Source of the DNA: a virus
Taxonomy: Duplodnaviria > Caudoviricetes
Virus record (IMG/VR): IMGVR_UViG_3300048996_000173
Coordinates: 1 to 60,985 of that record
Length of the DNA stretch: 60,985 nucleotides
Strand: one strand, 5' to 3'
Shown: positions 54,089 through 60,985 of the stretch, piece by piece
Layout of the letters: each line of letters opens with the position of its first letter
Numbering within the stretch: position 1 is the stretch's first letter
Made by a program: the position numbers and the translations under genes
Notes under the pieces: model-generated
The model's database searches: none
What the model was told of the DNA's origin: nothing
The model's input: only the letters and a program-made list of their open reading frames with translations

Positions 54089-54151
54089 TGGTCGTACGAC
54101 GACAATCTGGAATGTGCACGTACGACGACATCCATATGCCGAGACGGACGC

Positions 54152-54181
54152 TTGACGGGGCTCGGCCGGGCGGCGTAGGTT
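54152..54181 (+). promoter_or_regulatory. SigA-type promoter
   Basis: TTGACG-18-TAGGTT. Confidence 0.6.
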
Positions 54182-54219
54182 TTCCCCAGACGCACTGACC
54201 ACCGAGGAAAGGGGGCCAC

Positions 54220-54471
54220 ATGGCCGAGACCAAAGAGCGACTGCCGGTCAGCTCACCGAAGAACAGCTGCTGCGGGCTGCGCTGGAAGATCGCCCAGGGG
54301 GACCGCCGGGATCTGTCCGACTGGGCCCGCAAGCTGGCCAAGCAGCTCCCCCGCGGCGCCCGTCCGTCGGAGGCGCAGCAGGAGACCCTGGATCGGGTGA
54401 AGCAGAACCTGGCCGAGTCGACCCGGCAGTTCTTCCTGCACATCCACGACGAGGGGATTGAGCACCGGTGA
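54220..54471 (+). CDS. Hypothetical protein
   Basis: RBS and codon bias. Confidence 0.65.
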   Translation: MAETKERLPVSSPKNSCCGLRWKIAQGDRRDLSDWARKLAKQLPRGARPSEAQQETLDRVKQNLAESTRQFFLHIHDEGIEHR

Positions 54472-54725
54472 TCGAGCACCAGGCCACCTGGGAGGACGTC
54501 GCCGGCGGCCACAACATCAAGGACAAGACCGGCCGGGTCTGGCGCGTCGTCGAGTTCGAGTCGACCGGCAAGAACCCGCCGGAGTCGACCCACTTCGTCC
54601 ACATGGTCAGCGGCGTAAAGAAGGGTAAGATCCTCCTCCCGCCGGCGCTGACTCCCGTCACCATCGTCATCCTCAGCACCATCGAACTCGTCGAGCTCGA
54701 GCTCGACGGAACGGAGATCACGTGA
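54468..54725 (+). CDS. Hypothetical protein
   Basis: GTGA overlap. Confidence 0.65.
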   Translation: MIEHQATWEDVAGGHNIKDKTGRVWRVVEFESTGKNPPESTHFVHMVSGVKKGKILLPPALTPVTIVILSTIELVELELDGTEIT

Positions 54726-55081
54726 GCGAGTCACCGCAGGACCGGCCCCTGACGCCAGAGGAAGAGGCTATCGCGGCCCAGTTCGCCGAGCAGCTGGCCA
54801 GCAGCGAGAGCATGAAGACCGAGGAGGACGAAGACGGCGTTTGGTGGTTCACCTACGGCGACTTCACCGTTCCGGTCACCCCGGAACAGCAGGCCGAGTT
54901 CGCTCAGACGCTCTACAACTCCGCGCTGGCCAAGGCTCGCTCGATGGCGCCGGTCGAGAAGAAGCCGTACGAGCCGCCGTTCGTCGCCCGCCTGATTGGC
55001 AACACGGTGGGCATCGCCGCCTTCGTGCTGATCGCCGCCGCAGCTGGCCGGTTGGTTGTCAGGATCCTCGGCATCGGCTAA
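54722..55081 (+). CDS. Protein with C-terminal TM segment
   Basis: Acidic N-terminus and hydrophobic C-terminus. Confidence 0.65.
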   Translation: MSESPQDRPLTPEEEAIAAQFAEQLASSESMKTEEDEDGVWWFTYGDFTVPVTPEQQAEFAQTLYNSALAKARSMAPVEKKPYEPPFVARLIGNTVGIAAFVLIAAAAGRLVVRILGIG

Positions 55082-55185
55082 GCTCCATCCCGTTCGGTAA
55101 CTACCGAACACCGAACACCCCCGGGGATCCCGGCCGGCTCAGTCCCGGTGCTGCACCCCACACCCAGACACCTGGAGGTACCACC

Positions 55186-55758
55186 GTGAAGCTCTTCGGA
55201 CGCAAGAACGACGTCGACGAGACGATCCCCGCCCCCGGCACTCCGCCCACCTTCGACGAGCACGGCGTCCTCACCGACCCGGGCAACCCCTGGTTCGGGC
55301 CGATCAACCAGAAGCTCGGCTACGCCACCGAGGGCTTCTCGGGCGAGCAGCGCCGTCGGATCCGTCGGGCCAGCGAGCGCCGGTCGGCCGCGGAGGTCCG
55401 CGTCGCCAGCCGGAACTACGCCCGGAACCAGGAGAAGCGAGCGCGCTACGAGTCCTTCGTCGCCCAGCGGACCCGGATCGTCACCGGGGAGATCGCAGTC
55501 GAGCCGTACTTGCTGGCCAGCGTCCAGCGCGACGAGGCCCGCCGGCGCTCCGTTACCCGCGCCTTCGAGACCCAGGCTGAGACGAAGCAGGCCAAGGCCG
55601 ACCGGATCGAGGACCGTCTGGACGCGCGCCGCATTGCCCGCTTCAAGGCCGGCAAGCCGCGCGGCAAGGACCTGCGCGAGGAGACCTTCAAGCAGTACTC
55701 CTCGTTCTTGCCGGCGTCGTACTGGCAGACCGAAGCCGACTACTACAAGCGCGGCTGA
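55186..55758 (+). CDS. Basic hypothetical protein
   Basis: GGAGGT RBS before the GTG. Confidence 0.7.
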   Translation: MKLFGRKNDVDETIPAPGTPPTFDEHGVLTDPGNPWFGPINQKLGYATEGFSGEQRRRIRRASERRSAAEVRVASRNYARNQEKRARYESFVAQRTRIVTGEIAVEPYLLASVQRDEARRRSVTRAFETQAETKQAKADRIEDRLDARRIARFKAGKPRGKDLREETFKQYSSFLPASYWQTEADYYKRG

Positions 55759-55838
55759 TCTCAGCATCTGGGCGCCCTCTATTCACGGGGATAGAGGGCG
55801 CCCTATGCTGTCCATACACCGAGCGAGAGGAGGTCCGG

Positions 55839-56291
55839 ATGCCGAAGCGCGGAGGCGCCCTGGGGATGTACGAGCCGACGGCGTGGGCGAAGCCCGCCGA
55901 GGGGATCACCCTGAAGCTGATGGACCGAGTCTGCTCGAAGTGCCAGCGAGACCTGGTCGACAAGAACCAGTGGTACGGCCTGCCGTGGGATCTCCGCCAG
56001 GCCGTGCGGAGCGAGTTCGCCTGCGGGCCCGGCGCACGCGGACTGTGCAACTCTTGCTACAGCCAGCTCCGCGGCAATGACCCCGACCAGCTGGCCGACC
56101 ACGAGCGCAAGACGCTGCCGCTGGATATCTTCGCCGAGGAGTACAACCTGCTGCACGAGCAGGGCGTCACCGATCGGCTGATCGCCGAGAAGCTCGGCCT
56201 GTACCGCCGGCACCGCTCGATGCCTTCGAAGCGGATGGACACTTTCTACAAGGCGCTGAAGCGCGCCAAGGATCGAGGACTGATCACGTGA
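55839..56291 (+). CDS. Zn-finger plus HTH-like DNA-binding protein
   Basis: CSKC...GLCNSCY and DRLIAEKLGL. Confidence 0.65.
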   Translation: MPKRGGALGMYEPTAWAKPAEGITLKLMDRVCSKCQRDLVDKNQWYGLPWDLRQAVRSEFACGPGARGLCNSCYSQLRGNDPDQLADHERKTLPLDIFAEEYNLLHEQGVTDRLIAEKLGLYRRHRSMPSKRMDTFYKALKRAKDRGLIT

Positions 56292-57358
56292 CCCAGGGCT
56301 ACTTCGCCGAGGCGATGACGGACGAAGCGCAGGTCGAGCGGCAGCAAAGCACTGGCCGACCGCTCATCAAGCAGCCGGACGGCTCCGTCCGGGCGTACAC
56401 CCGCGCCAGCTCGCTCGGGGACTACCTGACCGATCAGGAGTTCCTCAAGCAGTGGGAGATGATCTACCTGGCCATCGGGCTCGGCCGCCGGCCGGACCTC
56501 GCCGACCAGTGCGCAGTCGAGCCGTACACCACCGGATTCGACGAGCCGCCGCGGCTGGTCAAGGCCGAGTCGAAGCGCAACGTCCTCTCGATCATCCGGC
56601 GCGTGCTGGACGCGATGAAGATCCACGAGCGGGCCGACCGCGGCACCGTCGCCCACGCGATCACCGAGACCGGCTACGACGGGTACGTTCCACCGGCGCT
56701 GGTCGGCGAACACGCGGTCTTCGGTGCGTTCATCGATCTCAACCACATCATCCGGCTCGGCTCTGAGATCTTCGTCGTCAACGACGAACTGAAGGTGGCC
56801 GGCACCTTCGACCACCTCTGGTACGTGCCGAGCCTGCGGTCGGTGGTGATCGGCGACACCAAGAACGGCCGAAACAAGAACAGCCTGGGCTTCGGTGTCC
56901 AGTTCGCCGTCTACGCGAACAGCGTGGTCTACAACGCCGAGACCGGCGAGCGCATGACGCTCGAGGAGTACGTCGCACTGGCGCTCGACGAGCTGGGTCT
57001 GGGGATCGATCCGATGCCGCCCATCAACCGCAAGGTCGCTCTGCTGCTCTCGCTGAAGGAGCGTCAGGCCAAGCCGTCCGACGTCGACATCGAGTGGGGC
57101 TACCGGATGGCCAAGCTGGCCGCCACGGTCCGCGATGCCCGGGACGACACTGCCGGCCGGGTGCTGCAGTCCGAGCTCGTGCAGGGCGTCAAGGGCAAGA
57201 TGGCCCAGGAGATCACCCTGGCCGCGCTGGCTGAGCGCATCGAGGCGACCGAGAACGCCGGCGAGCTCGCCGTGCTCTGGCGCCACCACAAGGACATCTG
57301 GACCCCCGAACTGACCACCCGCGCCGCCGCGCGCAAACTCACCCTGGAGGCATCGTGA
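56288..57358 (+). CDS. PD-(D/E)xK exonuclease (Cas4/RecB-like)
   Basis: YTRASS, GTVAH, AGTFD, GDTKNG and QFAVYA. Confidence 0.8.
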   Translation: MTQGYFAEAMTDEAQVERQQSTGRPLIKQPDGSVRAYTRASSLGDYLTDQEFLKQWEMIYLAIGLGRRPDLADQCAVEPYTTGFDEPPRLVKAESKRNVLSIIRRVLDAMKIHERADRGTVAHAITETGYDGYVPPALVGEHAVFGAFIDLNHIIRLGSEIFVVNDELKVAGTFDHLWYVPSLRSVVIGDTKNGRNKNSLGFGVQFAVYANSVVYNAETGERMTLEEYVALALDELGLGIDPMPPINRKVALLLSLKERQAKPSDVDIEWGYRMAKLAATVRDARDDTAGRVLQSELVQGVKGKMAQEITLAALAERIEATENAGELAVLWRHHKDIWTPELTTRAAARKLTLEAS

Positions 57359-57960
57359 GCAAGTTCAAGGTCGGCTTCGACATCGACGACGTCCTGATGC
57401 CTTGGTATGCCCGAGCTCACGAGGCCTGCAAGGAGGCCGGGCTCACCGGCGGCGTCGAGCCGACCACCTGGCGCCCGTTCGAGGAGTACCCGGACTGCAC
57501 TCAGGAGCAGTGGCTCGAAGCGCTCGACGTCGTCACGCTGAAGGGCACGCTGTACCTCGAGACGGCGCCGGACGAGGACGCGGTCCGAGCACTCCGGTCG
57601 CTCTACTTCGAGGGCCACGAGGTGCACCTGATCACCGCTCGGGGCTTCATCGGCCACAGCCGGCTGATCAGCCAGCACACCGTCCGTTGGCTGGAGCTGA
57701 ACGCGATTCCCTACAAGACCCTGTCGTTCACGCAAGCGAAGGGCCCAAAGGCCAAGCAGCTCGGGCTGGACTGGTTCATCGACGACAACGAGAAGAACTG
57801 GCGCGAGGTGGGTGAGGCGATCAATCCCTGCTGGGCCGAGCCGCGCTCATTCCTGCTGGATCGCCCGTGGAACCAGAACGTCAACACCTTCCCCCGAGTG
57901 CGGGTAAGGTCTGTCCAGGAGTACGTCGACATCATCACCAAGGAGGCAAACCGTGAGTGA
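57355..57960 (+). CDS. HAD 5'(3')-deoxyribonucleotidase-like protein
   Basis: DIDDVL, ITAR, IDD and PWN. Confidence 0.85.
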   Translation: MSKFKVGFDIDDVLMPWYARAHEACKEAGLTGGVEPTTWRPFEEYPDCTQEQWLEALDVVTLKGTLYLETAPDEDAVRALRSLYFEGHEVHLITARGFIGHSRLISQHTVRWLELNAIPYKTLSFTQAKGPKAKQLGLDWFIDDNEKNWREVGEAINPCWAEPRSFLLDRPWNQNVNTFPRVRVRSVQEYVDIITKEANRE

Positions 57961-58279
57961 ATCACCGCACGAAGGAGAGCTCGAGCCCCAGGGCGTGACC
58001 TACGTCATGGAGGACGTCGTCCGCCTGGAGTTCACGCTCGGCCGGACCAAACTCACCCTGACCGGCCCGCAGGAGGAGACCGACAACGCTCGAATCCTGG
58101 TCGAGGGCGCGAAGGACCTGTTCATCCAGGCCGTCGCGGCCGAAACGGAGAAGTCGGAGGTGCTCGTTCCGGAGGATTACGAGACCACCGACGACGGCGA
58201 CTTGATCGTCGACTACGAAGCCGACGACGAGGACGACTTCAGGAACGACACCTTCGGACGCCAGCCGGGGGAACTGTGA
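57953..58279 (+). CDS. Acidic hypothetical protein
   Basis: AAGGAGG RBS. Confidence 0.7.
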   Translation: MSESPHEGELEPQGVTYVMEDVVRLEFTLGRTKLTLTGPQEETDNARILVEGAKDLFIQAVAAETEKSEVLVPEDYETTDDGDLIVDYEADDEDDFRNDTFGRQPGEL

Positions 58280-59037
58280 CCACCTTCGAGACGAAGGACT
58301 CCGGCATCCACCAGGAATACAGCTCCGGCATGCGCCGCGACAGCCAGGACGGCAAGCCGCGCTTCGGCCTGATGCTGACCAAGCTGCAGCCGTACGAGGA
58401 GCAGATGCTCACCCGGTACGCCGCCCTGCTCGCCCGCGGCGCCGAGAAGTACTCCTCGCGCAACTGGGAGGAGGGCGACTCGGAGGAGGAGCTCGAGCGC
58501 GCCGAGGAGTCGCTGTTCCGCCACACGATGCAGCTGCTGGCCGGCGAGACCGACGAGGACCACGCGGCCGCGGTCTGGTTCAACACCCAAGCGGTCGAGT
58601 ACTTCCGCTGGCGGATCGAGCAGAAGATGAGCGGCGAGGTGGCGGAGACCTGGCCGCCGGCCGGCTCGACCAAGAGTGATTTCGTGAAGCAGAACGGATC
58701 GGAGATCGACCCCTTCCTGGCCGCCGTCGACGAGCATGTGGCCGAGATGGCCAAGGTGACCGAGACGCCGGCGCACTTCATCACCGGTGATCGCGAGGCG
58801 ACCACCGCGGCGGCGCTGAAGGAGTACGAAGTACCGCCGGCCAGCGAGTGCTGCGAAGGCGCCGCGGCATGCCAGGCCCACCAAGGGTACCCAGATCCCG
58901 AGGACGACTACATCCCGACGGCGGCCGAGCTGGCGCCGTCCGTCGACGACACCGCGGCATACTGGCGGAAGAAGCACCAGGACCAGATCAACGCCTGGCA
59001 CAACCGGCCCCTTGACCAGGGCAACCACGGCGAGTAA
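58276..59037 (+). CDS. dATP/dGTP diphosphohydrolase-domain (DUF5664-like) protein
   Basis: SGMRRD...GKPR...GAEKYSSRNW...RH...DEDHAAAVWFN. Confidence 0.75.
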   Translation: MTTFETKDSGIHQEYSSGMRRDSQDGKPRFGLMLTKLQPYEEQMLTRYAALLARGAEKYSSRNWEEGDSEEELERAEESLFRHTMQLLAGETDEDHAAAVWFNTQAVEYFRWRIEQKMSGEVAETWPPAGSTKSDFVKQNGSEIDPFLAAVDEHVAEMAKVTETPAHFITGDREATTAAALKEYEVPPASECCEGAAACQAHQGYPDPEDDYIPTAAELAPSVDDTAAYWRKKHQDQINAWHNRPLDQGNHGE

Positions 59038-59147
59038 GATTGACCCCGTCACCAGCTAGTCCCTGGTGACTCACCCGGCTCAGGAATGCAGTCGGGGAAA
59101 CCCCGTCAGGAATTGTCGGGGAACTCAGATGCCTAGGAGGCACTCTC

Positions 59148-59798
59148 GTGACTGACACCAAGAAGACCAGTGGCGGCTACTTCGACGACGCCATGAAGGA
59201 AGGCGCCCCGTCGGCCAAGCTGAAGGACAAGGGCGACTACGTCGTCGGCAAGATCATCGACCTGTTCGAGTCGGGGATGACCAAGTTCGGCACCAACGAC
59301 CCGGTGATCGACGAGCGCACCGGCCAGCAGCGGATGCAGCTGGTCATCATCCTCCAGACCGACTACCGCAACTGGGAGCGCGTCGCCAAGGTCCCGACCG
59401 CCGAGGACGGCACCGTCGCCGACCCGACCAAGGACGAGGGCAAGCGCGCGGTCTACACCCCCAAGGGAACGAACATCTACGCCGCCCTCGGCAAGGCGCT
59501 GAAGGCTGCCGGCGCGGTCGACGTGGAGATCGGCGGCCAGTTCGGCATCGTGATCGAGGATCTGCAGGACACCGGCAAGGGCAACAAGCTGAAGATCCAC
59601 CGAGCGAAGTACGACCTCCCGGTCAAGGGCGTGAAGGTGGAGACCGGCGACGACCCGCTGGCCGGCATCGGCGCCAAGTCCGAGGAGGCGAAGCCGGAGA
59701 CCCCGGCCGAGCGGCCGCAGGACAGCAAGCCGCAGGACGAGGCCAAGCCGGAGTCGGTCACCGCGCCGTCGGGCGAGGTCGAAGAGCCGCCGTTTTAG
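59148..59798 (+). CDS. ssb: Single-stranded DNA-binding protein
   Basis: OB-like core with an acidic tail ending EEPPF, preceded by a promoter and strong RBS. Confidence 0.75.
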   Translation: MTDTKKTSGGYFDDAMKEGAPSAKLKDKGDYVVGKIIDLFESGMTKFGTNDPVIDERTGQQRMQLVIILQTDYRNWERVAKVPTAEDGTVADPTKDEGKRAVYTPKGTNIYAALGKALKAAGAVDVEIGGQFGIVIEDLQDTGKGNKLKIHRAKYDLPVKGVKVETGDDPLAGIGAKSEEAKPETPAERPQDSKPQDEAKPESVTAPSGEVEEPPF

Positions 59799-60211
59799 TG
59801 GCCAGTTACCAGACCCCTTCGGGCCAGGTTGTCCTGCTGGACGATGACGACCTGGCCCGAGTTCCGGGCAGCATTTCGATCGGAAGTCACGGGTACGCTC
59901 AATTCTGGGAGCCCGAGCTGAAGAGGATGCTTCTGCTGCACCGGTGGATTCTGGGTCTGGTCGCGAAAACGGGATACCGCTTCATCGGAGACCACATCGA
60001 TCGCAACCCGATGGATTGCCGAAAGGTGAACCTTCGGATCGTGACGCCGACCGAGAGCAATCTCAACCGAGAGACTCCCGATCGCGACCTGCCTCGCGGC
60101 ATCTACCAGAGGCCAAGCGGCAGGTACGTGGCTAAGTTGAAGCTGGGTCGCAAGCAGACGACGTACGGAACCTTCGACACGATCGAAGAGGCCGTCGCCG
60201 CACTGCCCTGA
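59798..60211 (+). CDS. HNH homing endonuclease with AP2-like tail
   Basis: LHRWIL...DHIDRNPMDCRKVNLR...N. Codon usage is less GC3-biased than its neighbours. Confidence 0.85.
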   Translation: MASYQTPSGQVVLLDDDDLARVPGSISIGSHGYAQFWEPELKRMLLLHRWILGLVAKTGYRFIGDHIDRNPMDCRKVNLRIVTPTESNLNRETPDRDLPRGIYQRPSGRYVAKLKLGRKQTTYGTFDTIEEAVAALP

Positions 60212-60217
60212 CACCCC

Positions 60218-60260
60218 AGAGGCCCCGCGCCCACCACCCCGGGCGCGGGCCTCGCCCTTT
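60218..60260 (+). terminator. Hairpin, possible terminator
   Basis: Stem GAGGCCCCGCGCCC/GGGCGCGGGCCTC. Confidence 0.5.
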
Positions 60261-60276
60261 GGAGAGGAGAACCACG

Positions 60277-60615
60277 GTGAACGACAGTATCAAGCGAGTC
60301 CTGAACGACGTCCAACGCGAGGTCGAGCGGGCCGAGGTCAAGCACGGCGACCAGTTCCACCTGCCCGTCATCGTTGAAGGCGAGGGCAGCACGAAGAAGT
60401 ACGCCAGCCTCGCCGATCGACAGAAGGCGTTCATCGCCAAGATGGGTAGGGCCGGCGCCACCATCACCTGGCAGGACATCGCGCTCGAAGAGGTCTTCGA
60501 GACCTTCGCCGAGACCGAGCCAGCCAGGATCCGCGCGGAGGCGCTGCAGGCCGCGGCGATGTTCGTCCAGATTGCTCGGCGCTGCGATGTGGAGCTGGAG
60601 AAGATCGATGGCTGA
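60277..60615 (+). CDS. MazG-like nucleotide pyrophosphohydrolase
   Basis: LEEVFE...RAEALQAAAM. Confidence 0.7.
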   Translation: MNDSIKRVLNDVQREVERAEVKHGDQFHLPVIVEGEGSTKKYASLADRQKAFIAKMGRAGATITWQDIALEEVFETFAETEPARIRAEALQAAAMFVQIARRCDVELEKIDG

Positions 60616-60934
60616 CCAGCCGTGGGAGATCGTCGTCGCGCCGAACAAGGTCGTTGGCCGTCGCTGGGCGCAGCACCTGTACCAGCAGGGGATTGTGATC
60701 CGGGAACGCGACGTCTACTCGATCATCGACTCCCGAAAGTGGGAAGGTGCGCGGTTCACCAAGGTCTACCTGACGCCGTACGTCGAGTCGCCCGGCAGCA
60801 TTCGCGCGATGATCGAACGCGTCCAGGCTCTGCAAGCGCTCCACCAGACCTGCATCAAGGGCGGCGATCGGTTCGAGGGCTACTTCATCATCAGCCCTAC
60901 CGGCCAGATCTTCGGGCCCCAGAAGACGTTGTAA
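60608..60934 (+). CDS. Hypothetical protein
   Basis: GGAG RBS and overlap with the upstream gene. Confidence 0.6.
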   Translation: MADQPWEIVVAPNKVVGRRWAQHLYQQGIVIRERDVYSIIDSRKWEGARFTKVYLTPYVESPGSIRAMIERVQALQALHQTCIKGGDRFEGYFIISPTGQIFGPQKTL

Positions 60935-60937
60935 GTC

Positions 60938-60985
60938 ATGGCTCAACCGAAGCCGTGCAAGGTGGACTGGTGCGACGGCAAGAAG
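60938..60985 (+). CDS. Partial CDS, probable N-terminus of the EndoVII gene at the left edge
   Basis: MAQPKPCKVDWCDGKK runs off the end of the window. Confidence 0.6.
   Translation, partial: MAQPKPCKVDWCDGKK

Noticed and set aside
49104-55185. Recurring CACC/TTGGAGGT motif as an operator
   Set aside because: It always sits at RBS distance from a start codon, so it is explained as a Shine-Dalgarno sequence.
58276-60615. Z-genome (2-aminoadenine) pathway
   Set aside because: No PurZ/PurA-like gene or DNA polymerase was recognised.

Overview
This window looks like an essentially complete, circularly permuted genome of a high-GC, apparently lytic actinobacterial siphovirus. One gene appears to run from the right edge back onto the left edge. 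A minus-strand arm (32926 to 971) carries a DinG helicase, terminases, portal, capsid, head-tail connectors, tail genes and a lysis cassette. A plus-strand arm (32984 to 60985, continuing to 892) carries an HTH protein, primase-polymerase/helicase, a palindromic origin-like region, strong promoters and many small early and nucleotide-metabolism genes. I found no integrase, DNA polymerase or CRISPR array. The most interesting features are: (1) an amidase endolysin ending in a perfect C-CCA-AAA slippery site whose -1 frame runs into a complete GH12 glucanase domain, with a GH26-like hydrolase after the holin; (2) a promoter-bounded, ~620-nt highly structured ncRNA with two aberrant tRNA-like modules, directly upstream of RNA ligase and Pnkp; (3) a PhoD-like phosphatase and a fibre-like protein inserted in the head-tail connector module; (4) a secreted metzincin protease with a catalytically dead paralog; (5) tail chaperones that appear to use gene duplication instead of the usual frameshift. 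All protein calls come from recognising motifs by eye, with no database searches.
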